Shown here in pieces: positions 8,435-17,307 of a stretch of 64,000 nt of DNA. Origin of the DNA: a virus. The DNA lies in IMG/VR virus record IMGVR_UViG_3300046714_000236, positions 1 through 64,000 of that record; one strand, given 5' to 3'. The notes under the pieces were generated by a model. The model saw nothing but the letters and a program-made list of their open reading frames with translations, did not search any database and was not told the origin of the DNA. Made by a program: the position numbers and the translations under genes. Position 1 is the stretch's first letter. The number at the start of each line of letters is the position of its first letter.

Positions 8435-8709
8435 CGCTCGCCGAAGTGATCGAAGGCGCGGGCTACGATCTCCGCGCCTACTCCGGGCGCGGGATGTATC
8501 AGAAGCAGTGCCTCGCGTTCGAGTGCAGCGACGAGCTCGGAGATCTCTTCGCGAACCTGCTCACCGCCGGGCTCGATGCTGAGCACGCGGTCGTTGTCCG
8601 CGAGATGAAGATCGACACGCTCGGACGCGGCTCGATCGTCTACTTCGAGACCGTGCCCGCTCCCGCAGATCTGATCGACGAAGACGACGAAGGGAGCGAC
8701 GACGAATGA
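8431..8709 (+). CDS. Acidic early hypothetical protein
   Basis: GTGA coupling; RAYSGRGMY..CL motif; acidic tail. Confidence 0.75.
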   Translation: MTLAEVIEGAGYDLRAYSGRGMYQKQCLAFECSDELGDLFANLLTAGLDAEHAVVVREMKIDTLGRGSIVYFETVPAPADLIDEDDEGSDDE

Positions 8710-8963
8710 GCACCTCACCCGCGTTCGTGTTCGCGCCGTTCCCCTACGGCGTCGATCAGTTCAACGCCCCGATCGAGTGGGCGACTCCACCGACGCCGTA
8801 CCAAGCCGCGACCTGGCGCCCGCTCGATGCGAGCAATCCCGGGATCGCGTTCCGCTTCTGCCAGCTGTGGCTCCTGTGCGTGCGCTTCCAGCGAATGGAT
8901 CTCTGGAACCGGATGCTCGTCCGTCACGCGCGCGCCGGTGCGTGGCGCGAGGTGTCGCCGTGA
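8706..8963 (+). CDS. Early hypothetical protein
   Basis: ATGA coupling. Confidence 0.65.
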   Translation: MSTSPAFVFAPFPYGVDQFNAPIEWATPPTPYQAATWRPLDASNPGIAFRFCQLWLLCVRFQRMDLWNRMLVRHARAGAWREVSP

Positions 8964-9142
8964 CGCGCTACGCGATCCGTGTGCAACGCTGGGTCTGTTA
9001 CGAGACCACCGTGCTCGTCGAAGCCGAGACGGTGCGCGACGCCCGCGAGAAGGCGCTCTGTCATCCCCAAGTGACGATCGCGCGTGGCACGATCACGAAG
9101 AACAAAACCACGATCCTCGATCGCGAAAAGGTGTCGCCGTGA
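8960..9142 (+). CDS. Early hypothetical protein
   Basis: GTGA coupling; MTRYAIRVQR. Confidence 0.65.
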   Translation: MTRYAIRVQRWVCYETTVLVEAETVRDAREKALCHPQVTIARGTITKNKTTILDREKVSP

Positions 9143-9864
9143 ACTACCCCGAAGATCGAATCGCCTGCCAACGTCTGATCGCGAGAGCCTTCGGACACTT
9201 CACCGAGTTGAACCGCATGCTGTGCGAGAGCCCTGAGAGAATGTACGACATGGCCGGAGCTTCTTCGACGCGCGACACCCTGCCCTGCTTGTCCCGGGCG
9301 ATCCGCCTGGCCCGGCTCGGCGCCGTCGCGTTCTTCCTCGCCGCCTGCGGGGGAGAGCCCTTCGCCGCGTCTAACGGACTGGCTCCGTTAGAACCCGACT
9401 CGGGAGCTGCCGGTGCTGCCACAGAATCAGGCTCAGGAGGCGCGACCGCCGTCGAAGATGCCGGCGCACCTGGCTCGGGCGGAACGCCTCAGGGCGGGGC
9501 GCCTGGCGCGGGAGGCTCCCCGAGCAGCGGCGGTTCAGGAACCGGGGGGATCGTTTCGGCGGGAGGCGCCCTCGGTTCAACGGGAGGCGGGATCGTTTCA
9601 GGAACCGGGGGAGCTCCGAGCGCCGGTGGTAACCAGGGCGCGGGGGGTTACCAGGGAACCGGGGGAACGACGACGATCGACCTGAGCACCGTCCTCGCGA
9701 ATCATCCCGACTGCGTGCACTACGCGATCGCGTGTCACGAGGGATCGCAGACGGGCGAGATCGTGCAATGCGCGAATCAGGGAACCTCGCTGCAGGCCAA
9801 CGTGTGCATTTTGCAGTTTGGTTCGCAGATGGGTCTCGGCGTTTGGTGCTGCGTGCAACCATGA
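9139..9864 (+). CDS. Gly-rich lipoprotein-like protein with Cys-rich C-terminus
   Basis: Internal LAACGG lipobox, long GGSG/GGTG linker and Cys-rich tail; start uncertain. Confidence 0.7.
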   Translation: MNYPEDRIACQRLIARAFGHFTELNRMLCESPERMYDMAGASSTRDTLPCLSRAIRLARLGAVAFFLAACGGEPFAASNGLAPLEPDSGAAGAATESGSGGATAVEDAGAPGSGGTPQGGAPGAGGSPSSGGSGTGGIVSAGGALGSTGGGIVSGTGGAPSAGGNQGAGGYQGTGGTTTIDLSTVLANHPDCVHYAIACHEGSQTGEIVQCANQGTSLQANVCILQFGSQMGLGVWCCVQP

Positions 9865-10118
9865 CGAAGGTGGCGGGAATGAAGCATCCGGAAGAGAAGA
9901 ATCCTGCGGAAGCAATCTGCGCGAGCTGCGGGAAGCCGCAAAAGGACCACTGCACCCCGCAGACTCTCGGGCAGGCAACCGCGCGCGTCGCCGAGATGGC
10001 GCACCTCGGGTACACGGAATCGATCGTCGTGGACGACCTGAGAATCAGACTCGAAAAACTGGAGAGCAAGATTCGCGAGCTTGAAACCACGAACGCCAGG
10101 CTTCGGGTGCAACCGTGA
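9861..10118 (+). CDS. Hypothetical Zn/coiled-coil protein
   Basis: ATGA coupling; CxxC...HC motif. Confidence 0.6.
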   Translation: MTKVAGMKHPEEKNPAEAICASCGKPQKDHCTPQTLGQATARVAEMAHLGYTESIVVDDLRIRLEKLESKIRELETTNARLRVQP

Positions 10119-10291
10119 AGCATCAGAAAACGGTTATCCGTAGGCTGTTGTGCTGGGCATGGCTGTGCCCGCTCCAATGGGATACGTGGCATCCGGAAGA
10201 CAAGGGGCCGTTCGGGTACTTTCTCGTTGGCACTTGCCCGCACTGCGGGCGGTCCGTTGCTGAGCGCCCCGATGGTAGTCGCGTACCCTGA
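10115..10291 (+). CDS. Small hypothetical protein (58 aa)
   Basis: GTGA coupling; manual translation contains CPHCG. Confidence 0.5.
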   Translation: MKHQKTVIRRLLCWAWLCPLQWDTWHPEDKGPFGYFLVGTCPHCGRSVAERPDGSRVP

Positions 10292-10305
10292 TCGATGAGG
10301 AACAC

Positions 10306-10596
10306 ATGGCACCCCTGAAGCAGCCGGCCACGACAACTCCGACCGAGCCCGTCACGGGAGCGGCAGATGCTCCACCTACGGACGAGCAGGCGCGGTTGCT
10401 CCGTCTCGCGGACGGTCACGGCTACTTCCTTGCTGCCAAAGGCACGGCCATGGATCTCGACTGGATGCTTCTGGAGCGCGCCGGTTGGGCTAGGGAGTTT
10501 CGCGACGGCATCACCATCCGCACCTGGTGCGTGACCGATGCGGGACGGGCCGCGCTAGGTGGCGCGGTGCCCGAAAAGCCTGCGGTGCACCCCTGA
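10306..10596 (+). CDS. Hypothetical protein (winged-helix-like tail)
   Basis: GAGG RBS; LERAGW...VTDAGRAAL. Confidence 0.65.
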   Translation: MAPLKQPATTTPTEPVTGAADAPPTDEQARLLRLADGHGYFLAAKGTAMDLDWMLLERAGWAREFRDGITIRTWCVTDAGRAALGGAVPEKPAVHP

Positions 10597-10670
10597 AGCA
10601 GTGGATACCGGCTGTCCGTGAGGACCGCGTCTCGCGAACCCTGAACCTTTTGAGAGGAGGGAACTGAATC

Positions 10671-11153
10671 ATGAACATCTACGTCGCGTCGTCTTGGAGA
10701 AACCTTCTGCAACCCGGCATCGTGCACGCGCTCCGTCGCTGCGGTCACGAGGTCTACGACTTCAGGCACCCGGCCGCCGGCAACACCGGCTTTCACTGGA
10801 CCGAAGTGGACCCCGACTGGAGCTTCGAGGGACGCGGCGTCGTCGAGCCCGAGCGCTACCGGAAGATGCTCCAGCACCCCATCGCTGCGGCTGGTTACGA
10901 GCACGACATCACGGCGCTGCGGAAGTGCGAGGCAGTCGTCTACGTGCTCCCGTGTGGGCGCTCCGCATCATGGGAGTTCGGCTACGCGATGGGGCAAGGC
11001 AAGCGCGGGTACGTCGTCGCGTTCGAGCCCACGGAGCCGGAGTTGATGTTCAGGGAGGCGACCATCATCACGAACATGAACGAGCTGTTTGACGCCTTCG
11101 GGGAGCCCATCGAGCGCGGGGCGCTAGCTCAAGCACTTGGGTCTGTTCCGTGA
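10671..11153 (+). CDS. Nucleoside 2-deoxyribosyltransferase-like protein
   Basis: IYVAS, GHEVYDF, D..AL..C and SASWEFGYA.G.GK motifs; GAGGAGG RBS. Confidence 0.8.
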   Translation: MNIYVASSWRNLLQPGIVHALRRCGHEVYDFRHPAAGNTGFHWTEVDPDWSFEGRGVVEPERYRKMLQHPIAAAGYEHDITALRKCEAVVYVLPCGRSASWEFGYAMGQGKRGYVVAFEPTEPELMFREATIITNMNELFDAFGEPIERGALAQALGSVP

Positions 11154-11196
11154 AGCAGTCGGTGCCCGCTGCTCGCGCGCGATCGATCCCGCCGAG

Positions 11197-11565
11197 CTAG
11201 TGCATCACTTGAGCGAGCTCGATCGCGGCCTTCGCGATCGCCGTGATGAGCGCCGCGAGTGCGCCGAGCGCCGCAACGATCGTCGGCCACTTCGTAGCCT
11301 TCACCGACTCGCGAAGACTCTTCGGATCACTCCGCGGTCGGTCGCTCTTCGGCGGAGTCATCACATGAATGTGGTTGTGGATCTCGGGAGCGCTCGGCAT
11401 CGGCTCGCGCTTCGGTGCGAGCTCCGCGACGTTGTGCACGCCCGTCGGTTCTTCTTCCCCTTCGAGCTCCGCGGCGTTCTCCTCGCGCTCTGACTTCGCG
11501 AGCAGCTCGTCGACGTCATCGTGAAGCGGGAGCTCGTTCAGATCCCGCCGATCACGCGTGCCCAT
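11197..11565 (-). CDS. Membrane protein with C-terminal TM helix
   Basis: WPTIVAALGALAALITAI; lies in the holin-like cluster. Confidence 0.65.
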   Translation of the reverse strand: MGTRDRRDLNELPLHDDVDELLAKSEREENAAELEGEEEPTGVHNVAELAPKREPMPSAPEIHNHIHVMTPPKSDRPRSDPKSLRESVKATKWPTIVAALGALAALITAIAKAAIELAQVMH

Positions 11566-11845
11566 TGGCTGCCTTGCCTTCGAGCTCGTCGAGCCGCATC
11601 TCGATGCCCGGGATCTTCGAGAGCGCCTGATCGAGTTTGCTCTCGATGCTCTGAAGGATCTTGTTCGTCTCTTTGTTCCCATCGTCGATCGCGGCGTGGA
11701 TCCCTTTCATCCGCGCGTGAGTCATCTTCAGCGACTCGCTCAGCTTGCCGATCGCTTCGCGTTGATGCCCGATCGCCGCGAGTATCCTCGGGCGCTTCTT
11801 CTCGGCACCCGGCGAAACTGTCGTCGGTCCGTCGCGCTCGCTCAT
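11552..11845 (-). CDS. Coiled-coil protein
   Basis: Heptad pattern; ATGA coupling. Confidence 0.65.
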   Translation of the reverse strand: MSERDGPTTVSPGAEKKRPRILAAIGHQREAIGKLSESLKMTHARMKGIHAAIDDGNKETNKILQSIESKLDQALSKIPGIEMRLDELEGKAANGHA

Positions 11846-12222
11846 GCGACGCCCGACATCGATGTCGGTCCTACGGCTGCGACCGGTTTCGGGTTGCCGT
11901 ACGGAAGCGGGCTTTCTTTCAACGCGTGGTGAGTGCCGATCGCCGCGAGCCCCGAGATGATCCCGCCTGCGCTCTGCACGAGCGCCGCGAGCACCGCATC
12001 AATCGGCGCGCCGTTGATGTTCGCCGAGAGCGCTCCGAGCACCGCACCACCCGCGAGCGCGGGCGCCGCCTGTACCGCCGTTGGAAGCTTCGCGAAACTC
12101 GCCGGCCAGAACTTCCGCCACACCCAGATCGCCCCGAGCAGGAGCGCCGAGAGGATCGCGTTGAAGAGCCCGGGGTGCACGCCATCGAGAACCGTTCGGA
12201 GATGGACCAGCGCTGGGAACAT
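11842..12222 (-). CDS. Holin-like membrane protein
   Basis: About 3 hydrophobic helices; start MFPAL 6 nt after TGcTACCAT. Confidence 0.55.
   Translation of the reverse strand: MFPALVHLRTVLDGVHPGLFNAILSALLLGAIWVWRKFWPASFAKLPTAVQAAPALAGGAVLGALSANINGAPIDAVLAALVQSAGGIISGLAAIGTHHALKESPLPYGNPKPVAAVGPTSMSGVA
11851..11870. repeat. 20-bp palindrome copy 3 (1 mismatch, inside CDS)
   Basis: GCCCGACATCGATGTCGGTC. Confidence 0.95.
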
Positions 12223-12353
12223 TCTTCGATGGTAGCAGGCGCTGATACCACCCGACGAGCCCCCACGTGAGCTCACACACGTCGGTTCCGCGCGGCGTAC
12301 CTCCCACACCGAGGAAGTTGTCCCCGCGTCACTTCAGCGGCATCACCGCGAAC

Positions 12354-12923
12354 ATGAAGACCCGTCTCATCGTCGTCGATGACTTCTACCCCGACCCCGA
12401 CGCCGTGCGCGTCGTCGCTCAGCGCTCGAACCTCGAAGCCGATCCGGCGAACCATAAAGGGATCCGATCCGTCGAGATGCCGATCCCGGAAGGCCCGTAC
12501 AAGATCTTCGAGAAGCTCACCGGTGAAAAGATCAAGTCGGGGTACTCGTGCTTCCAGCTGTGCATCGCTGGCGATCAGCTCGTGTACCACTCCGACGAGC
12601 AGCGATGGGCCGCCGTCGTGTTCCTCACTCCGAACGCGCCGCCCGAAACCGGCACGAGCTTCTTCAAATCGCGCGCGACTGGGTTTCGCTCGGGCGAGGA
12701 TCTGAAGTCACCCGAAGACGCGATCCACACGTACGGCGGGAAGCTCCTCGACCGCACCGCGTGGGATGAAGTGGATCGGATCGGCAACGTCTACAACCGC
12801 CTCGCGATCTGGGATGCCCGCCTGATCCATTCCGCATCCGACTACTTCGGCACCGGGCTCGACGACGCGCGCCTGTTTCAAATGTACTTTTGGGATTCGA
12901 TCGCGGCATCACCGCCCGGATGA
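12354..12923 (+). CDS. 2OG-Fe(II) oxygenase (DUF6445-like)
   Basis: IVVDDFY.DPD.VR, H-x-D (YHSD), distal His (LIHSA) and Arg (RLFQ). Confidence 0.85.
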   Translation: MKTRLIVVDDFYPDPDAVRVVAQRSNLEADPANHKGIRSVEMPIPEGPYKIFEKLTGEKIKSGYSCFQLCIAGDQLVYHSDEQRWAAVVFLTPNAPPETGTSFFKSRATGFRSGEDLKSPEDAIHTYGGKLLDRTAWDEVDRIGNVYNRLAIWDARLIHSASDYFGTGLDDARLFQMYFWDSIAASPPG

Positions 12924-14275
12924 AGATCAGTGTCGTCACACCGAGCCACGATCCGAAGTTTCTTGGCGAGGTGTGGGAGTCGCTCGCCGCGCAGACTCAC
13001 CGCGACTTCGAGTGGATCGTTCTCCTGAACGGCAAGGGCGCCGAGAGTTCGATCACGAACGACGATCCGCGCGTGCGCTTCTACCGCACCGGGCTTCGCT
13101 TCGGCGGTTCGGTCGGCGCTCTGAAAGCGTACGCGTTCTCACTCGCCGCGGGCGACGTCGTGCTCGAACTCGATCACGACGATCTCCTCGCACCCACTGC
13201 GCTCGAACGCTGCGCCGAAGCGTTCGCAGATCCTGCGATCGACTTTGCGTTCTCCGAGTGCGCAGACTTCCCCGATCCGCCCGGCACCGAGCCGACCTAC
13301 TTCTCGCAGAAGTCTCGGCTCGCGTGGATGCAAGACGGCTGGAAGTTCGGCACGTGCGAGGTGCCCGCGAATCTCCGCGCCGCGGTGAAAGCCGAGAAGC
13401 TGCCTCACCCGATCTGCTTCGAGCCGAGCGCGATGAGCGTGTCGATCATCAGCTACGCGCCGAACCACTTCCGCGCGTGGCGCCGTTCGTTCTACGAAAA
13501 GATCGGCGGGCACGACATGGGGTTCGCGGTCTGCGACGATCTCGAAATCCTGCAGCGCACATACCTCGCCGGGCGCATGAAGAAGATCCCCGAGGTGCTC
13601 TACTTCTACCGAGTGCGCGGCGATGGCGCGAACACGTGGCAGCAGAACGTCGGCAAGATCCAGGAGACGAGCCACGCGCTACGCGATCAGAATCTCACCG
13701 CGCTCGTCGGGCGCGAGTGCGAGCTCCGCGGCTTGCCCGCTCTCGACTTGGGAGGGATCCACAATCCCGCAGGCGCACCGTGGATCGCGTTCGACAAGTC
13801 GCTCCCGTGGCCCGAGGGAGTGCCGAAGCGCGAAGACTTCACAGAGAACGAGCAGCGCGATCACTTCGGAGTTCCGCGCCTCGATGGAACGCTTCTCACT
13901 TCGTACAAGTGGCCGTTCCCCGACTCTTCGATCGGCGCCTTCCGCGCAGCTGACTTCCTCGAACACCTGCCGAACAAGCTCGCGACGATGCGCGAGATCT
14001 ATCGCTGCCTCGCTCCCGGTGGATGGCTGCTCTCGTCGACGCCCGACGCTGCAGGCTCGGGCGCGCATCAGGATCCGACTCACTGCTCGTACTGGGTCGA
14101 GAACTCGTTCCGCTACTACACGGAAACGCGACTCGCGAAGTACATCGACAACACCACCGAGCGCTTCATGGTGTCGCGGCTCTTCACGGCGAAGGGAGAG
14201 ATCCCCTACGTGATCGCCGATCTCATGAGCCTGAAGGATGACGACGGGAAGCTACCGGGCAGACGCTCGATCTAG
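12920..14275 (+). CDS. GT2 glycosyltransferase fused to class I SAM-methyltransferase-like domain
   Basis: ISVVTP, ELDHDD (DxD); C-terminal LDLGG, PFPDSS, DFLEHL, IYRCLAPGG, DPTH. Confidence 0.88.
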   Translation: MKISVVTPSHDPKFLGEVWESLAAQTHRDFEWIVLLNGKGAESSITNDDPRVRFYRTGLRFGGSVGALKAYAFSLAAGDVVLELDHDDLLAPTALERCAEAFADPAIDFAFSECADFPDPPGTEPTYFSQKSRLAWMQDGWKFGTCEVPANLRAAVKAEKLPHPICFEPSAMSVSIISYAPNHFRAWRRSFYEKIGGHDMGFAVCDDLEILQRTYLAGRMKKIPEVLYFYRVRGDGANTWQQNVGKIQETSHALRDQNLTALVGRECELRGLPALDLGGIHNPAGAPWIAFDKSLPWPEGVPKREDFTENEQRDHFGVPRLDGTLLTSYKWPFPDSSIGAFRAADFLEHLPNKLATMREIYRCLAPGGWLLSSTPDAAGSGAHQDPTHCSYWVENSFRYYTETRLAKYIDNTTERFMVSRLFTAKGEIPYVIADLMSLKDDDGKLPGRRSI

Positions 14276-15426
14276 ATCAGCTCCCACGAGTCCCACTGCA
14301 CGAAGGGCTGATTCAATTGCCCATAGCCGAGCCCGATCTGATCGGGCGCGCTCCCGAAGAACCCGACGCCGATGTTCCAGTTCTCTTTCCAGACCACGCC
14401 GTCGCCGCTGTAGAACCGGAACGTCGCGCCGTCGAACGTCACGCGGAACCACGAGTAGTCGCCGACCTGATCCGTATCGAGCCCGCCCGCGGGCGTCGTG
14501 TCGTCGGTCCATGACACGCCGACGAGGAGCGCGGGCTTCGTCCAGCCCCACACGATCGCCTGCTTCGTTGCCGCGTTCCGGATCACGATCCCGCTCGTGC
14601 CCGTGCTGCCGCCGCCCGCGCCGACCAACGTCGCCACGTGCGCGCGGACGTCGAACGTCCCCGGCATCGTCGTCACCAAACCCGAGAGCACATCCGCGCC
14701 GCTCGAACACGTCGCCGTGATGCGCCCCGCGTCGTCTGCGAACGTCTGCGTCGCCGCTGATCCGAACGCGGTCCACGTGCCGACCGCGGGCACCTGCTTG
14801 CCGACGCGCCCGAGGATCATCGGCCGCCACGCGACGCCGTCGTCCACCCACTCCGGGCCGCCATCGCTCGACACGTAGCGCGCGCCCTGATGCCCCGCCG
14901 AAGGGCGCGCTGAGTACAGACCGAAGCCGCCGATCGCCGGGCTGCCCTGCAGCCCCTGCGCGCCGGTGAGACCCTGAGCGCCCGCCGTGCCTTGTGCTCC
15001 TGCCGTTCCCTGCGCGCCGGTGAGACCCTGAGCACCCGCCGTGCCTTGTGCGCCTGCCGTTCCCTGCGCTCCTGTGACGCCCTGAGCGCCTTGCGCTCCC
15101 GCGGCTCCCTGCGCCCCGGCTGCGCCTTGCGAGCCCTGTGCGCCCGTCCCTGGCGCGCCCTGAGCACCCTGCGGGCCCTGGCTCCCCGCGCCGCTCGCCG
15201 CGAACGCCGCCGCCATGATGGCGTCCACGCGATCGCGGTTGCTGCTCTGCACGAGGATCGCGCACTGCTCGGCCGCTTCTCGGAGCCCCGGGATCGACGC
15301 ATCCGCGAGCGTGCCGCCGATGCCCTCGATCATCGTGACGTCGACGTACTCGTCATCAATCAGGCGCCCCGCGTACAGAATGTCTGTACCGAGGATCACC
15401 GTGTTGATGAGGTAGAAGAGCGCCAT
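14272..15426 (-). CDS. Collagen-like fibre protein
   Basis: N-domain, (G-X-Q)n run and beta-rich lectin-like C-domain. Confidence 0.85.
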   Translation of the reverse strand: MALFYLINTVILGTDILYAGRLIDDEYVDVTMIEGIGGTLADASIPGLREAAEQCAILVQSSNRDRVDAIMAAAFAASGAGSQGPQGAQGAPGTGAQGSQGAAGAQGAAGAQGAQGVTGAQGTAGAQGTAGAQGLTGAQGTAGAQGTAGAQGLTGAQGLQGSPAIGGFGLYSARPSAGHQGARYVSSDGGPEWVDDGVAWRPMILGRVGKQVPAVGTWTAFGSAATQTFADDAGRITATCSSGADVLSGLVTTMPGTFDVRAHVATLVGAGGGSTGTSGIVIRNAATKQAIVWGWTKPALLVGVSWTDDTTPAGGLDTDQVGDYSWFRVTFDGATFRFYSGDGVVWKENWNIGVGFFGSAPDQIGLGYGQLNQPFVQWDSWELI

Positions 15427-15436
15427 CGACGGGAGA

Positions 15437-15901
15437 TCAGTTCGGCGCGCCGCGAAGCGCGAGGCTCACCGTGAGCGTGCCCGGGTGAGTCGTGTCGCCG
15501 ACTTCGGCGACGAGCACGCGCACACCCGACGCCGCTGCAGGAACGGCGATCGTCTTCTTCCAGAGAACCGGCACCGTAGCGCTCGTGTTCGCGAGCCCCT
15601 TCGTTTCCGAGATGTACTCCGTCGTCGTCGCGACGCTCCCCGATGTCGTCGGCGTGCCGACCGCGATCATTTCGTAGTAGCCGCCAACGCCGTTGATCTC
15701 CCACTGCACCTCGAACTTCGGTTGCCCCGAAGACGCGGCCGCCGCTTTCAAGTAGCTGAACGCGATCGTGAGCTCGCGCGGGAAGTTCGGCACGCCCGAT
15801 GCGAGTCCCGTGATCGGCGTGTACGCCTGATCGGAATACGCACCCGAAGCGGGCAGGACGGCGTTGTAGTTTGGGTCCTGGATCCACGTGTCGCGCTGCA
15901 T
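15437..15901 (-). CDS. Putative virion protein
   Basis: Beta-rich, Thr/Ala/Val-rich; tail region. Confidence 0.7.
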   Translation of the reverse strand: MQRDTWIQDPNYNAVLPASGAYSDQAYTPITGLASGVPNFPRELTIAFSYLKAAAASSGQPKFEVQWEINGVGGYYEMIAVGTPTTSGSVATTTEYISETKGLANTSATVPVLWKKTIAVPAAASGVRVLVAEVGDTTHPGTLTVSLALRGAPN

Positions 15902-15933
15902 GCCGAGAACGGTATCACAACCCCCGACCGAGC

Positions 15934-17304
15934 TCAGAGCTGCACGCCGAGCACGCTGAACGCAGCGTCATCCGTGAGAGGAAGCGCGAGCGTCGAGACG
16001 AGCGCCGGGGTGCTCATCGAATAAGCGTACAGGGTCTTATCCCCCGTGATGTCGTCGGTCCCGCAGAAGATCGCGAGCCCTGCTTCTGTCATGAGCGCGG
16101 GCTCCGTCCGCTGCGCCGTCGGCGCGAACGTCTCGGTGCTCACGAAGTCGGGGATCCCCGTCGCCCTCGGAACTCGCATCGCGTGGAACGATCCGTCCGT
16201 GAATCCGTAGAACCAGAACGAATCCGAGTCGACGTCGTACACACCGCCGAAGAGCAGCGGGTTGTCCCCGAGTGATGGCCCGATGAACGTGGGATCGAGC
16301 GTGTCAGGAGCCCACGACACGATCCCGCCAGACGCGCCGCTGTAGAACTTCGACGCACTCGCGACCCACATGAGAGACGACGAGTCGCCGAACACTTGCT
16401 TGTCCGTCGTCGCGAGCGTGACCGACGAACCGCCGACCGTCGGATCGATCTGAAAGACAACCGTGCTCGGACTCGCGTCCATCCCGATGTGAACGGTGAT
16501 CGCGTACAGGAACCCATCACCCGGGAAGCAGAACCCGAACGGGTAGAAGCCGAGGTACGTGGGGAAGTCGAAACCCGACAGATCGACCGGCGTGTCGAAC
16601 GTGAGCACCGCGTCCACCGATGCAACGCGCGGGTTTGCGCTGCCCGTGAGGAACCACGTCTGCGCCTGCGTCGGATCGCCGATGAGCTTTCCGAAGTTGA
16701 CGAAGCCGGTCATCGGATCCGGCACCGCTCCCTGCAACACCGTCGCAAGCGTGTCCGGATCGAGCTTCGCGATCTGCGGGATCGCCGACTCGTCGCATCC
16801 GTACACGTACAGCTTCCCATCGAACGCGACCGCGCCGCCGTCCACTCCCGCGAGCACACCCGCCGCGGTCTTGCTCGCGACCAGTGCGAACACGCCCGCA
16901 CTGCTCACCGTGTAGCGAAGAACGACCGGCTCGATCGAGGGAACTTCGACGAAGCTCGCGAAGACGAAGAGCGCTTCCGTCGTCACCGGCTCGGGCACGG
17001 GGTTCGGGATGATCTCGGGTTCCTGCAGAGGGATCACTTTGAACGGCGGGATCGGTTCACCGAGCTTCGGCGGGATCGCCGTGTAGAGCTCCAGCGCTTC
17101 GAGCTCCGTGATGAACACCGCGGCGGAGAGCACGTCGGAGAGCCCGACGCGGAGCACGTGCGCGATGTTCTTCGCGAGCTTGATCGGAAGCGGCTGCGCG
17201 GTCTGATCGATCCGAACGAGGAGCTCGGGCGAGACGACGCACGCCGCGGCAAGGTTGCCGAGCGTGTAGCCGTTCTCACTCGCGAGATCGAGCAGCCGCC
17301 CCAC
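15934..17304 (-). CDS. XRE-HTH-like N-terminus fused to beta-propeller-like domain
   Basis: First ~58 aa follow a Cro/C1 helix pattern; Pro-rich linker; repeated beta blades. Confidence 0.7.
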   Translation of the reverse strand: MGRLLDLASENGYTLGNLAAACVVSPELLVRIDQTAQPLPIKLAKNIAHVLRVGLSDVLSAAVFITELEALELYTAIPPKLGEPIPPFKVIPLQEPEIIPNPVPEPVTTEALFVFASFVEVPSIEPVVLRYTVSSAGVFALVASKTAAGVLAGVDGGAVAFDGKLYVYGCDESAIPQIAKLDPDTLATVLQGAVPDPMTGFVNFGKLIGDPTQAQTWFLTGSANPRVASVDAVLTFDTPVDLSGFDFPTYLGFYPFGFCFPGDGFLYAITVHIGMDASPSTVVFQIDPTVGGSSVTLATTDKQVFGDSSSLMWVASASKFYSGASGGIVSWAPDTLDPTFIGPSLGDNPLLFGGVYDVDSDSFWFYGFTDGSFHAMRVPRATGIPDFVSTETFAPTAQRTEPALMTEAGLAIFCGTDDITGDKTLYAYSMSTPALVSTLALPLTDDAAFSVLGVQL

Positions 17305-17307
17305 GGG

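Noticed and set aside
11197-12222. Complete lysis cassette
   Set aside because: Only membrane and coiled-coil proteins are visible. No endolysin motif was recognised, so the holin call is tentative.
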